This document shows positions 48,046-58,409 of a stretch of 64,000 bases of DNA, in pieces; position 1 is the first letter of the stretch; every line of letters starts with the position of its first letter. Source of the DNA: Caulobacteraceae bacterium (GTDB lineage Bacteria; Pseudomonadota; Alphaproteobacteria; Caulobacterales; Caulobacteraceae); contig JANWHQ010000159.1 of NCBI GenBank assembly GCA_025450315.1, forward strand, positions 8,429-72,428, given 5' to 3'. Below the pieces are notes generated by a model. The model was not told the DNA's origin and made no database searches. It saw only the letters and a program-made list of their open reading frames with translations. The translations under genes were made by a program, and so were the position numbers.

Positions 48046-49122
48046 CTAGCCGCCGCTGGGCGCGTGGCCGGGGACCGGCGGAGTGGAGTCCCGCTCGATC
48101 AGGGCGATGGGCAGCGTGGCCGACGGCGTCTCCTCGCCCGCCATGCGGCGGAACAGGAACTCCACGACGGTGGCGGCGCCGCGCTTGAGGTCCTGGCGTA
48201 TGGTGGTGAGCCGCGGGTGGGAGTGCTGCGCCAGCTCCAGATCGTCGAAACCCACCACCGCGACCTGGTCCGGCACGGACACGCCGCTGGCCTCGAGCGC
48301 CCTCAGCGCCGAGAGCGCGATCACGTCGGAGGCGGCGAAGATGGCGTCGAACTCGATCCCGCGCGAGATCAGGTCCTGCACCGCGGCCAGGGCCGTGTCG
48401 CCGGTGAAGTGGGCAGGCAGGATCAGGTCGGGATCGACCGACAGCCCCGCGCGCTCGAGGCCGCTGCGGTACCCCTGAAGCCGCATCTGGATTTCGGGCA
48501 AGGGCGCCGCGCCGAGGAATACGATTCGTCTGCGCCCTGTTTCGATCAGCCGATCCACCGCCGCCCGGCCGCCGCCGACATTGTCCGAACCGACCGAGCA
48601 GTACACCTGCTCGGGCAGGTGGGCGCCCCAGACGACGAGCGGCAGGAATGCGCGGGCCGCCGCATTGAGCTCCTCATGCTGGTCGCTCTGGCCGACGATG
48701 ATATAGCCGTCGGCTTTCTGGGACTGGACGTGGCGGACCAGCCAACCGGGCTTTGGCGACGGGACCCGGGAAAGCAGGACGTCGTGATTCCGGAGCGAGA
48801 CCTCGTCGGCGATGTGGCCGAACAGCTGCAGGAAGAACGGATCGGAGATCAGCTGGTCCGCCTCGTGTCCGAGCGGGATCGCCACCCCGATGGTCCGGGT
48901 CCGATTGGACCGGAGCCGTTGCGCCGCCTGGTTGATCACATAGCCGCTCTCCGCGGCGATCCGCTGGATCTGCTGGCGCGTCTTGATCGGGATCGCCGGG
49001 CTTTCGGCCAGGGCGCGGGACACGGTCGAGGTGGAGACGCCGGCCAGACGGGCGATATCGGCCATCTTCAACGGGGCCTGGCCGGGCCTCTTCAACGCCC
49101 TCAATTGGTTCGCGCGCGCCAT
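48046..49122 (-). CDS. LacI family transcriptional regulator
   Basis: It has an N-terminal HTH (KMADIARLAGVSTSTVSRAL) and a periplasmic-binding-protein-like sugar-binding core. The start is taken at ATG 49122 (49140 is also possible). Confidence 0.9.
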   Translation of the reverse strand: MARANQLRALKRPGQAPLKMADIARLAGVSTSTVSRALAESPAIPIKTRQQIQRIAAESGYVINQAAQRLRSNRTRTIGVAIPLGHEADQLISDPFFLQLFGHIADEVSLRNHDVLLSRVPSPKPGWLVRHVQSQKADGYIIVGQSDQHEELNAAARAFLPLVVWGAHLPEQVYCSVGSDNVGGGRAAVDRLIETGRRRIVFLGAAPLPEIQMRLQGYRSGLERAGLSVDPDLILPAHFTGDTALAAVQDLISRGIEFDAIFAASDVIALSALRALEASGVSVPDQVAVVGFDDLELAQHSHPRLTTIRQDLKRGAATVVEFLFRRMAGEETPSATLPIALIERDSTPPVPGHAPSGG

Positions 49123-49207
49123 GCGGCCTAGATAACCCAATGTGGCGGCCTGCGCGACGGTTCGGCTCCGGGCTCGCGCTCGCAGGAGATCAGCCGCTCC
49201 CGGCCAG

Positions 49208-50923
49208 CTATGCGGGCGCGAGGCTGGCCCGTTCGGGCCCGTCCGGGTCGAATTCGAGCCGCACTTCGTCGTCGAAGATCATGGTGGGGACCTTCTCCCG
49301 GGAACAGGGCGCCCAGGCCGGCATCGCCGCATGGTTCGGGTCGCCGGTGCGGGCGAACTGGATCCAGGCGTCGGAGACGATCGAACTCAGAGCGCGAGCC
49401 CGCGACCCGCCGCCTGTCATGTGATCGCAGACATCTGTGTTGGCGAAGACGAAGGGGATCTCGGCGCAGTGAAACGCGCGTGGCCGGCCGTCGAAGATGG
49501 GCGTCTGCCAGGCGAACCAGTAAAGATAGGCCGGCGCCCGGTTCAGGGCCGCCTTCGCCGCGGCCTGGCGGATGGCTGCCTGCCGCACCGGCGCGCTGGC
49601 GATGCGGGACCAGACGTCGAAGGGCTTGGCGCCGGGCATGCGCGCGCGGAACGCTGCGACGACGGCGGCCCCGCGGCCGGGATATGTCGCCTCGGTCCTG
49701 GCGAGGAGCTCCGGCTCGGTCATGAGCTCGTAGTCCGGATGGTTCATGGCCGTTGTGAACTCGTTCATGGTCGTGCCGATGATCATCGGCACGTCGGCGG
49801 AGAGTTCGGGCGCGCGCGGGTTGAACGGCGCTTCTGGCAGGACGTGTCCATCGGCCACCGGCGCAAAGCTCGCGCGAGAGGCCATGCTCCGGACATCTGG
49901 GACGCCCCCCGCCGGGCCGTTGGCCTTCAACAGCGCCGCCACGCTCGCTCGTTGGAGGTCGGCGTACGGCAGGTCGTGAAGCCGATCGAGGCTCGCGGAG
50001 TTGAGACCCAGCTCGGTCAGAACCAGGTCCGCCAGCCTTTGCGACTTGTCAGGCGTGTTGGTGAAGGCGAACGACCCGCTCTCCACCACCGCCCTGTGGA
50101 AGAGGCCCTTGGCCGACGGCATGCCCATCAGCGTGCCGACCTTGGCCCCGCCGCCCGACTGGCCGAAGATCAGGACCCTTCCAGGGTCGCCGCCAAACCC
50201 GGCGATGTTGTCGCGGACCCATTCCAGCGCGGCGACGATGTCGAGCATCCCGACGTTGCCCGAGGGGGCGTAGGCCGCGCCGTATTTCGACAGGTCGAGG
50301 AAGCCCAGGACGTTGAGCCGGTGGTTCAGGGTCACCACCACCACGTCGCCGCGCCGGGCGAGATTATCTCCATCGAAAGCCGGAATGTCGTTGCCGGAGC
50401 CCGCCTCGAAGCCGCCGCCGTGCAGCCAGACCATGACCGGGCGGCGCCCTGCGTCATTGATCCCCGGCGTCCAGACGTTCACCCGCAGGCAGTCTTCGCC
50501 TTCGACGCTGTCGTTCCACTGGAAGATGAAGGCTTCCTCGTCGTTCAGCCGTCCCGTGCCCTTGTCCTGGGGCGCGACGTAGCCGTACTGGCGCGAGCTT
50601 CGGATCCCCGTCCAAGGCCTCGGCGTCTTCGGCGGCAGAAAGCGGTTGGGACCGGCGGTGGTGTCGCCATAGGGGATTCCCTTGAAGGCGAAGACCCCTT
50701 TGCGGACATAGCCGGCGACCTTGCCGGACTGGGTGTCCACGATCGCGACGTCCGACCGGGCGACGACAGCGTCCTCACCCGTGCGATCCCGGTCTAGATG
50801 CGGTGCGGGCTGGGCCGCCAGATCCGAGGCGGCCCCGGCGGCGACCATGAGGCTTGCGCCCTTCAGCACGGTCCGGCGGGCCAGCCGCCTGGCCGAGGTC
50901 TTGTCATCTGCCTGATGCGTCAT
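49208..50923 (-). CDS. exported type-B carboxylesterase/lipase family protein
   Basis: 571-aa ORF with a Tat-like signal (SARRLARRTVLKGASLMVAAGAA), HGGGF and the nucleophile elbow GQSGGG. Confidence 0.9.
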   Translation of the reverse strand: MTHQADDKTSARRLARRTVLKGASLMVAAGAASDLAAQPAPHLDRDRTGEDAVVARSDVAIVDTQSGKVAGYVRKGVFAFKGIPYGDTTAGPNRFLPPKTPRPWTGIRSSRQYGYVAPQDKGTGRLNDEEAFIFQWNDSVEGEDCLRVNVWTPGINDAGRRPVMVWLHGGGFEAGSGNDIPAFDGDNLARRGDVVVVTLNHRLNVLGFLDLSKYGAAYAPSGNVGMLDIVAALEWVRDNIAGFGGDPGRVLIFGQSGGGAKVGTLMGMPSAKGLFHRAVVESGSFAFTNTPDKSQRLADLVLTELGLNSASLDRLHDLPYADLQRASVAALLKANGPAGGVPDVRSMASRASFAPVADGHVLPEAPFNPRAPELSADVPMIIGTTMNEFTTAMNHPDYELMTEPELLARTEATYPGRGAAVVAAFRARMPGAKPFDVWSRIASAPVRQAAIRQAAAKAALNRAPAYLYWFAWQTPIFDGRPRAFHCAEIPFVFANTDVCDHMTGGGSRARALSSIVSDAWIQFARTGDPNHAAMPAWAPCSREKVPTMIFDDEVRLEFDPDGPERASLAPA

Positions 50924-50929
50924 CTGTGC

Positions 50930-52063
50930 CTAGCGTCCCAGATGACGATCGAAGAACCTGACCATGACGTCATAGGCGTCCCGCGATTCCGGCACGTCCG
51001 GGTCGTAGAAGAAGCCGTGGAACATGCCGTCCCAGACGTGCAGCTCGGCGTCCACGCCGAGCCTCGACAGCCGGCTGTGGGTGTAGACGGCCGAGCTCAT
51101 CTCGAAACCCCTCGTCGCGGTGATGACCAGGGTCGGCGGGAACCGGCGGAGGACATCATCCGATGCGGCCGGGGCGACCTCAGGATCGTTCGGATCCGTC
51201 CCCGCGAAATAGCCAAGCGGCGGAACGCCGCCCGCTTTCGCCGGCGACGGGGCGGGCGGCGGCGGCGCTGGCCGCGCTTCACCGAGCGGAGCGGCCGTGT
51301 AGCTCGCATCGCCTCCGAACCCGAGGTCCGCCAGGGTCGCGCCGGCGCAGAAGATTCCGACCGCGCCGGGCCTCGGCAGGCCGTGCTTCTGGAACCACGC
51401 AACCGACATGCCGGTAAGCATGCCGCCGGCGGAACAGCCGTAGATACCGATGTTCGCTGCGGGATAGTGTTTCAGAAGATGGCGATAGACCGCCGCAACG
51501 TCCTCGCTGGCGGCCGGAAACCGGTATTTCGGGCCTTCCCGATAGTCGAGGCTGATCACCTCGATACGGGCGAGCGACGCGACCGGCATGGACTCCAGCT
51601 CGGCGCACCCGGGGAAGCATCCCGAGAACCCACCGCCATGCAGGTTGATCAGGACGCGCCGCCGGTTGCGCGGGGCGACGCCCGACCGCGGCGTAAAGAC
51701 ATAGGCATGCACGCCCGCAATCGTCGTGTCCTGCTTCGCGACCGGGAACAGCGTCTTCTGCCGGGCCAGATAGCCCTGCATGAAGACGGGGACGCCGTCC
51801 TTCTGAGCCACGAGATCAGGGCGCTGCATGTCTTTCAGGTGCTGGGCGAGATAGGCCTTGCCCTCGGGGCTGAGGAAGCTCGAGGGCGGCACCGTCATGG
51901 CCGGGACGTGCACCGTGCCGTCGTCGTCGACCTGGACGGCGGGGCTCCGCTCCGCCGGCTGGGCATGGACCATTCCCGGCGCTGCGCAGGCCAACGTCAC
52001 GGCGATCGCCGTGACCGCTCGGGCGAACCCCGCCAGGAAGGCAGATCTGGAATTCCACAACAT
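50930..52063 (-). CDS. exported alpha/beta hydrolase fold-3 esterase
   Basis: 377-aa ORF with a signal peptide ending in MVHAQ, plus NLHGGGF and GCSAGG. It starts 6 nt upstream of the next gene in the same orientation. Confidence 0.85.
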   Translation of the reverse strand: MLWNSRSAFLAGFARAVTAIAVTLACAAPGMVHAQPAERSPAVQVDDDGTVHVPAMTVPPSSFLSPEGKAYLAQHLKDMQRPDLVAQKDGVPVFMQGYLARQKTLFPVAKQDTTIAGVHAYVFTPRSGVAPRNRRRVLINLHGGGFSGCFPGCAELESMPVASLARIEVISLDYREGPKYRFPAASEDVAAVYRHLLKHYPAANIGIYGCSAGGMLTGMSVAWFQKHGLPRPGAVGIFCAGATLADLGFGGDASYTAAPLGEARPAPPPPAPSPAKAGGVPPLGYFAGTDPNDPEVAPAASDDVLRRFPPTLVITATRGFEMSSAVYTHSRLSRLGVDAELHVWDGMFHGFFYDPDVPESRDAYDVMVRFFDRHLGR

Positions 52064-52153
52064 CGCCGGGACCTTCCTGGAAACGCCGCGCCGGGGCGCG
52101 AGGGGGGAAAAGAGGAGGGGCGGCCGAATGACGGCCGCTTCAGGTAGGAGAGC

Positions 52154-54367
52154 CTAGAAATTGTAGGACGCGCGCACGCCGAACTGCCGCGGCGGCCCCA
52201 GGAACTCGTCGTTGATGAACTGGCCGCTGACGTAGGTCTTGTTGGCGAGGTTGGTGACGTAGCCCGTCAAACTGTAACGGCCCTGGGCGTAGGTCAGATG
52301 GGCGTTCCAGAGCCCGTGGCTGGCGAGGAAGTCGGTGGAGTTCTCCAGGAGCGTGGTCCACTGGGAGCCCTGGTACGAGTAATCGATCCGCGGCGTCAGG
52401 GTGGCGCCATGTCCGAGGTCGAAGTTGTATTCAGCGCCGATATTGTAGGTCCAGCGTGGCGCATAGGTATTCGAGCGGCCGGCGACCGAGACGAAATAGG
52501 GCCCATAGTTGAAACAGACCGGCGGGTTTGATGGGACGCCCGCCGCGCATTGGGGCCCGAGGTTGTTCCCTCCGTTCGGGAGCAGGCGGTTGTTGGTCAG
52601 CGTGACCGCCCCGATGCTCGAGTCCACCCACGCGGCGCCGAAGTCCACGGACAGCCCCCCGAGCCGGCCCTGGCCCTGCAGTTCCACCCCCTTGATGATC
52701 GCGCCCTTGGTGTTGCCGGTGCCGGACGTGCCCGTGGCCGGATCGATGATGCCGTCGACCTGGTAGTTGCTGTAATTGTTGTAGAAGCCGTCGAGCTGAA
52801 GTCTCAGCCTGCGGTCGAAGAGCTGGGTCTTCCACCCCGCCTCGTAATCCCAGACCGTCTCCGCGAGGAAGTTTGTGGCGCCATTCGAGCCGCCAGCCTT
52901 GGCTCCCTTCGACGCGAAGACGTACAGGAAGTTCTCGTCGTTGAGCGTGTAGTTGAGGGCGGCCTTGCCGGTCCAGTTGTCGCCGGCATAGTGGCCCGCG
53001 TTGGGGATCGTCACGAACGGCGGCAGGCCGGGGAAACCGATCTTGATCTGGCCCCCATTGTCCACGACGTCATGGGTGTAGCGCCCACCCACTTCGAGCT
53101 GGAGGGCCTTGGTCAGGTCGTACTGCACGCGGCCGAACAGGGCCTCGGAAGACTTCTCGGTGAAGATGGTGACGAAGGTGTGCGGCTGGCCTGCCGTGTC
53201 GAGGTCGATGCCGACCTTGATGCTGTCGTGCCAGTAGAAGCCGCCGGCGATCCACTTCAGCGGTCCATCGTCCGGCGAGAGGATGTTGAATTCCTGAGTG
53301 ATCGGCCGCTCCGAAACGTCTTGCGCTTCGTACTGGGCCGGCGGCCCGTTCGAGGCGTCGGAATCGTAGAGGTCGACTACCTTGTTGTACTGGAACCCCG
53401 TAACAGAACGTAAGGTGACGCCGTTCTTCAGCTGGTACTTGAGCTCCAAGCTGTTACGGATCGCATGTTCGTTGTTCTTCTCGGCCTGGTCGAAGTTCAG
53501 GGTCCGCAGGTCGATCGGCGCGAACTGCGCGTAGGGGGTGCCGGGGATGGGGCGGTAGTCGTACCCTCCGGTGTCCTTCTGGCCGAGACCCACCTTCAGC
53601 AGCACGCTGAGATTATCGATCGGCTCCCAGAGCATGCTCAGCCGAAGGTCCTGCTCGTTCAGCTTCCCCGGCGTCTCGAAGGAGCCCCCGGTCGGGGTCG
53701 TCTGTCCCCCGATGTCGTGGAAGAAGCTGTCGCGGCGCTCGACGTTGTAGGCGACCCTGAACGCGAGCTTGTCATTGACGGGGAGATTGACCGCGCCTCG
53801 CGAGCCGATGTCCGAATAGTTGCCGCCCCAGACCTCGACATTGCCGTCGACCCCCGTGAACGTTGGGCTCCTGGAGGTGATGAACACCGCACCGCCCGTC
53901 GAACTGGCTCCGGCGAAGGTCCCCTGTGGTCCGCGGTAGACCTCCACTTCGCCGATATCGAAGAAGCTGTTGGTGGTGACGATCGGAGGCTGCAGCAGCC
54001 AGTCCAGGTAGATCGGCACCCCCGGAACTACCGCCGGATTGCCGCTGGACAGGCCGATGCCGCGGATGTTGACGTTCTGGGTCAGGGCCGCGCTGGTGAT
54101 GGAAAGCGACGGCGTCGCCTGCTGCAGGTCCGAGACTTGCTGGATCTCCTTCTTCTCGAGATCCGCGCCGCTGAGGGCGGAGACGGCGGCCGGCACGGTC
54201 TGGATGTTTTCCGTGGTCCGGGAGGCGGTGACGACCACCTCGCCGACCGTCGCTGTCCTTTTGGCGTCGTCGGCGCTTTGCGCATGCGCCACTGACCCTA
54301 CAGCCGAGAGCGTGATGGCGAGGGCAAGCCCCGACGGGGCGCCCAAATGGTGCAGTTTGCGAGTCAC
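52154..54367 (-). CDS. TonB-dependent receptor
   Basis: 737-aa ORF with a signal peptide, a TonB-box/plug region (EVVVTASRTTENIQTVPAAVSAL) and a C-terminal beta-barrel ending in the aromatic YNF. Confidence 0.92.
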   Translation of the reverse strand: MTRKLHHLGAPSGLALAITLSAVGSVAHAQSADDAKRTATVGEVVVTASRTTENIQTVPAAVSALSGADLEKKEIQQVSDLQQATPSLSITSAALTQNVNIRGIGLSSGNPAVVPGVPIYLDWLLQPPIVTTNSFFDIGEVEVYRGPQGTFAGASSTGGAVFITSRSPTFTGVDGNVEVWGGNYSDIGSRGAVNLPVNDKLAFRVAYNVERRDSFFHDIGGQTTPTGGSFETPGKLNEQDLRLSMLWEPIDNLSVLLKVGLGQKDTGGYDYRPIPGTPYAQFAPIDLRTLNFDQAEKNNEHAIRNSLELKYQLKNGVTLRSVTGFQYNKVVDLYDSDASNGPPAQYEAQDVSERPITQEFNILSPDDGPLKWIAGGFYWHDSIKVGIDLDTAGQPHTFVTIFTEKSSEALFGRVQYDLTKALQLEVGGRYTHDVVDNGGQIKIGFPGLPPFVTIPNAGHYAGDNWTGKAALNYTLNDENFLYVFASKGAKAGGSNGATNFLAETVWDYEAGWKTQLFDRRLRLQLDGFYNNYSNYQVDGIIDPATGTSGTGNTKGAIIKGVELQGQGRLGGLSVDFGAAWVDSSIGAVTLTNNRLLPNGGNNLGPQCAAGVPSNPPVCFNYGPYFVSVAGRSNTYAPRWTYNIGAEYNFDLGHGATLTPRIDYSYQGSQWTTLLENSTDFLASHGLWNAHLTYAQGRYSLTGYVTNLANKTYVSGQFINDEFLGPPRQFGVRASYNF

Positions 54368-54466
54368 TCGTCCCTCCCGCGTTTCCGGACGCAGTGGGGG
54401 CTCTGCCTTCGCGCGAGCCGTCCCCCCTTGGCTGCGGCCTCCCTGAGGGGCCGTGTACCGTGGTAC

Positions 54467-54478
54467 GCAATCGATTGC
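54467..54478. promoter_or_regulatory. LacI-type operator, perfect palindrome GCAATCGATTGC
   Basis: 12-bp perfect palindrome located 100 bp upstream of the TonB-dependent receptor ATG, in the divergent gap. Confidence 0.6.
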
Positions 54479-54577
54479 AAAAGATTTCTGCTTGGATATG
54501 CCTTAGGTGAAGCGGCCCGCGATGTTGAACTGGATCTACCGTCGGCGTATCCGCCGAGCCGGCCGGCGTCTTGTTCT

Positions 54578-54589
54578 GCAATCAATTGC
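54578..54589. promoter_or_regulatory. LacI-type operator-like site GCAATCAATTGC
   Basis: Same half-sites as 54467 but with a central CA instead of CG. It lies 30 bp upstream of the amylosucrase ATG. Confidence 0.5.
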
Positions 54590-54618
54590 GCAGCTCACCT
54601 TAGGGAGATAGACGGTCG

Positions 54619-56472
54619 ATGAGCGGTGCAGTGAAATTGGGCCAAGGACAAATGCACGCCGCCCCGGACCTGGCGCAGCTCGAGCTCCCCGACCGGATGG
54701 ATCGCTTATGGCCCGTCGCCGAGGCGTGCCTGCGGCGGGTCTACGGATCGCGACCCGACTGCGAGTTCTGGCTGCAGGGCATCGCACGGGTGGTCAAGGC
54801 GCTCGGGGAGGCCCGGCCGCGGGAACTGGCCCTGCGGGATCAGTCCCGTCCCGAATGGTGGCGGACGGGGAGCGTGGTCGGCTATTCGGCCTATGTCGAT
54901 CGCTTCGCGGGCGATCTGCGTGGCCTGCGGAGCCGCCTCCCGTACCTCAAGGAACTGGGCGTCCGCTATCTTCACCTCCTGCCGCTGCTCAAGTCGCGCG
55001 AGGGCGACAACGACGGGGGGTTCGCGGTCTCGGACTTCGGCTCGGTCGAGCCCCGACTGGGGACCAACGCAGACCTGCAGGACCTGGCGAGAGCGGCGCA
55101 CGAGATGGACCTCAGCCTCGTCCTTGACCTCGTCTGCAACCACACCGCCGACGATCACGCCTGGGCGAAGGCCGCGCGATCGGGCGACGAGGAATACAGG
55201 GACTACTACATCGTCCTGCCGGATCAGGGCGTGGTGGCGGACTACGAGAAGCGGCTGATCGACGTCTTTCCGGACGTCGCTCCCGGCAACTTCACCTATT
55301 CCAAGGAGATGGGCGGCTGGGTCTGGACCACCTTCTACCCATTCCAGTGGGACCTGAACTACGCCAATCCGGCCGTGTTCTGCGAGATGACGGCGGCCAT
55401 GCTGCGGTTGGCCAACATGGGGGTGGACGGCCTGCGCCTGGATTCCGCGCCTTTCATCTGGAAGCGGCGAGGGACAGCCTGCCGCAACCTGCCCGAGGCG
55501 CACTGGCTCCTGGCGACCTGGCGCGCACTGCTGACCATCGCCGCGCCCGGGGTGGTGCTCAAGGCCGAGGCGATCGAGCGCCTCGAGGATGTGAAGTCCT
55601 ATTTTGGGGAGACCGTCACCGAGCCGGAGTGTCACCTCGCCTACAACAACGGCGCCATGACCGCGCTCTGGGCGTCCCTGGCGCTCGGCCGTGCGGAGCC
55701 CATGCGGCGACTCGTCGATGCGGCCAGCCGGAAGCCTGCCTGGGGGACGTGGGTGAACTATGTGCGCTGCCACGACGACATCATCTGGTCTGCGCTGAGC
55801 CCGTGCCTGAGCCCTGAAGACCAGGCCCGCTGCTCCTCGTTCTTCGCCGGCCAGGTGAGCGGCTCGTTCGCCGCCGGCTCCGCCTTCCAGTCGGTCGCCG
55901 GCGCCGCCGCCAGCACCAACGGGATGGCCGCCGCGCTGGTCGGCATCGGTGACGATGATCCGGGCTCGGACGCCGCCAGGAGACTGGCGTTGTTGTACGC
56001 CGTGAGCTTCGCCTTGGATGGGATCCCGATCATCTGGATGGGCGACGAGATCGCCTTGGGAGACGCCGCGGCGAACCAGGACGCAGGCGCCGCCGGGTCC
56101 GACGGCCGATGGCTGCAACGGCCCCGCATGGATTGGCGGCGCGCAGACCTGCGAGGCGACGGCGGCGCGTTGCCCGGCCATGTGTTCCAGCAGTTTGCGC
56201 TCTATGCCCGGATTCGCGCGGCCGAGGCGGCCTTCGACGCCCAGCACGTGGCCAGGACAACGAAGGCGGACCATGTCGCCGTCCTGTGTTTCGTGCGAGG
56301 CGAGGGGGCCAGCTCGATCCAGTGCGCGGCGAACTTCTCGAACGCGAGATGCTCCACCAGATTGACGCTCGATGGCGGCAGCTGGCTGGACCTCCTGTCG
56401 CAGGACGCGGGAAGGGCGCGGGAGGTTGAGCTCGGCCCGTACCAGGTCCGTTGGCTCGTCAGCCGCCCGTGA
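54619..56472 (+). CDS. amylosucrase / sucrose hydrolase (GH13)
   Basis: 617-aa ORF without a signal peptide. GH13 blocks are DLVCNHTA and GLRLDSAPFIWKRRGTACRNLPEAH (amylosucrase-type), plus VRCHDD. Confidence 0.88.
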   Translation: MSGAVKLGQGQMHAAPDLAQLELPDRMDRLWPVAEACLRRVYGSRPDCEFWLQGIARVVKALGEARPRELALRDQSRPEWWRTGSVVGYSAYVDRFAGDLRGLRSRLPYLKELGVRYLHLLPLLKSREGDNDGGFAVSDFGSVEPRLGTNADLQDLARAAHEMDLSLVLDLVCNHTADDHAWAKAARSGDEEYRDYYIVLPDQGVVADYEKRLIDVFPDVAPGNFTYSKEMGGWVWTTFYPFQWDLNYANPAVFCEMTAAMLRLANMGVDGLRLDSAPFIWKRRGTACRNLPEAHWLLATWRALLTIAAPGVVLKAEAIERLEDVKSYFGETVTEPECHLAYNNGAMTALWASLALGRAEPMRRLVDAASRKPAWGTWVNYVRCHDDIIWSALSPCLSPEDQARCSSFFAGQVSGSFAAGSAFQSVAGAAASTNGMAAALVGIGDDDPGSDAARRLALLYAVSFALDGIPIIWMGDEIALGDAAANQDAGAAGSDGRWLQRPRMDWRRADLRGDGGALPGHVFQQFALYARIRAAEAAFDAQHVARTTKADHVAVLCFVRGEGASSIQCAANFSNARCSTRLTLDGGSWLDLLSQDAGRAREVELGPYQVRWLVSRP

Positions 56473-56483
56473 GCGGCCGATGC

Positions 56484-56832
56484 GCAGCCGTCGAGCTCGA
56501 CGGCGCCCGGGTCGCCGTCGATGCGGTATGGGAGCTCGCCGGCGCCTATCCGGGCCCAGCTCTGCGCGGTGCTCGCCCTGATCGTGTCGCCCCGCAGGAT
56601 CGTGCTGGGCGGCGGCGTCGGCCGCCGGCCCGGGGTTCTCCGGGCGGCTCGGCGCGGGCTGGCGACCCAACTTTCAGGCTATCTGACCCGCCCTCAGCCC
56701 GATGAACTCGACAGCTACCTGGTCGAACCCGGCTTCGGATCGGACTCGGGGCTCTTCGGCGCGCTCGCGTTGGCCCAAGGTCAAGGCGAACAGGAGAAGC
56801 TTTCGGCGCGCGCCTTGTCGCCGCCCTCGTAG
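56484..56832 (+). pseudogene. remnant of a ROK-family sugar kinase (fructokinase-like): C-terminal part only, frameshifted
   Basis: One frame reads ...VELDGARVAVDAVWELAGAY. A second frame continues ...IRAQLCAVLALIVSPRRIVLGGGV...LSGYL...YLVEPGFGSDSGLFGALALA. No N-terminal ATP-binding half is present, and the 3' end overlaps the converging tannase gene. Confidence 0.5.
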
Positions 56833-58376
56833 CGGGCGACCTGGGGGTAGGGGCAAAGCGGCCGGCTCTGTCCGGGGAACGATGCGCCGGTGGCCACGAG
56901 CCGCTCGGGGGCGTGGTCGTCCTCGACCCATGACATCAGCGCGCTCAGGGCGTCGAAGCGATCGGTGGCCGGACCGCCCTGGCAGTGGTTCATGCCCGGC
57001 ACGAGGAACAGGCGCGCCCAGTCCTGGGGCGGGCCCGCGTCCTTGGCCAGCTCATCGTACCAGCCGATGATGTCGTTGGCCGAAAACACGGGATCGCTCA
57101 GGCCCTGGTAGATCAGAAGGCGCCCGCCGTGCTGGACGAAGCTGCTCAGGAAGGTCGACGTAGGGTCGTTGATCGCGCCGGTCTGGGCAGTCAGATCCGC
57201 GGCCTTGTCGAAGTCGAAGGTCAGGGGATCGATGGCGGCGTCCTTGGGGGTCGCGAAGTACCGGCGCAGAGCGTCCAGCCCCATGGTCTGGTTGATGCCA
57301 TTGGCGGCGCCGGAGGGGGCCGAGCCCATCTTCCAGATCCGCCAGCCCATGTCGCCCACGCCGGCGTCGTAGGGCCAGCTCGCATAGATCGGGCGGCCTT
57401 TCGAGTCGCGCGCGCCAGCGAAGATCCGCTCGATCGCCCCGACCTTGGCCGCGCTCAGGCACCCGGTGGTCGAGCGGGCCTTGCAGGTCAGGACCCGGGG
57501 GTTGAAGCGGCAGGCGCGGAAATCGTTGATCATGCCGTCCTTCAAGCCATCGAGGCCGTCGCAAGCCTCGAGCGTCGCCTTGGCCAGGAGCTTCAGGTCG
57601 TCCGGGGTCAGGGCCTGGCTCACGATGGGCCGTCCCTGGGCATCGCGAGGCGCGATCTTGGCGAGCTGGGTGGTGTCCCAGAGCTCGCCGACCGCGGCGC
57701 GGCTGAGTCGGAATCCCGGGTCGCCGGCGATGATCCCGTCGAAGTCGAGGGGATATCGTTCGGCGGCCATCATCCCTTGGCGGCCGCCATTGGAACAGCC
57801 CATGAAATAGGAACGCTTGGGACCCTGGCCATAGAAGCGGGCGATGATCGCCTTGGCTTCGGCGGTCACCTTGCCCAACGCCTGATAGGCATAGTCCAGC
57901 CGCGCCTGCTGGTCGTCGGCGAAGCTCGCGTCGCCCCCTTGGTGCCCGGCGTCGGTGGTGACCACGGCGAAGCCCCTGGCCAGGGCGGGCTCGCCCCCGC
58001 TCCCAGCGCCCACGGCCGGGGTCACGACGCCGTCCAGGCCGCCCCCGCCCTGAAACAGGAAGCGGCCGTTCCACTTGGTCGGCAGGCGCAGCTCGAAGCC
58101 GATGCCATAGCTCTTGCCGCCGACGCCGGTTCGGGGGTCGAGCATGCCGCGGACGACGCAATGCTCGGGAAGCTGCACTGCCGGGGCGCCCGGCGGACCG
58201 AAAGCCGCCTTCATCGGGCCCGCCGGTGTCAACTCCGCCTTCTCGACGCGAAGGGCAGGGGACGCCAGGTCGGTCAGCGCGCGGCAGGCCTCTGCCGTAC
58301 CGTCCTGGGCATGGGCCAGCGACGCGCCGGCGAGCGATGCGGTCGCCGCGATGACCGCGGCCAGAAGCGATTTCAA
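56781..58376 (-). CDS. exported tannase/feruloyl esterase family hydrolase (paralog 1)
   Basis: 531-aa ORF with a signal peptide (MKSLLAAVIAATASLAGASLAHAQ). It has GCSNGGRQ (Cys-Ser) and PGMNHCQGG (His-Cys), the signature of this family. Confidence 0.9.
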   Translation of the reverse strand: MKSLLAAVIAATASLAGASLAHAQDGTAEACRALTDLASPALRVEKAELTPAGPMKAAFGPPGAPAVQLPEHCVVRGMLDPRTGVGGKSYGIGFELRLPTKWNGRFLFQGGGGLDGVVTPAVGAGSGGEPALARGFAVVTTDAGHQGGDASFADDQQARLDYAYQALGKVTAEAKAIIARFYGQGPKRSYFMGCSNGGRQGMMAAERYPLDFDGIIAGDPGFRLSRAAVGELWDTTQLAKIAPRDAQGRPIVSQALTPDDLKLLAKATLEACDGLDGLKDGMINDFRACRFNPRVLTCKARSTTGCLSAAKVGAIERIFAGARDSKGRPIYASWPYDAGVGDMGWRIWKMGSAPSGAANGINQTMGLDALRRYFATPKDAAIDPLTFDFDKAADLTAQTGAINDPTSTFLSSFVQHGGRLLIYQGLSDPVFSANDIIGWYDELAKDAGPPQDWARLFLVPGMNHCQGGPATDRFDALSALMSWVEDDHAPERLVATGASFPGQSRPLCPYPQVARYEGGDKARAESFSCSP

Positions 58377-58409
58377 AGCAGCTTCCCCCGAAGACTCTGG
58401 TTTTCAGGG

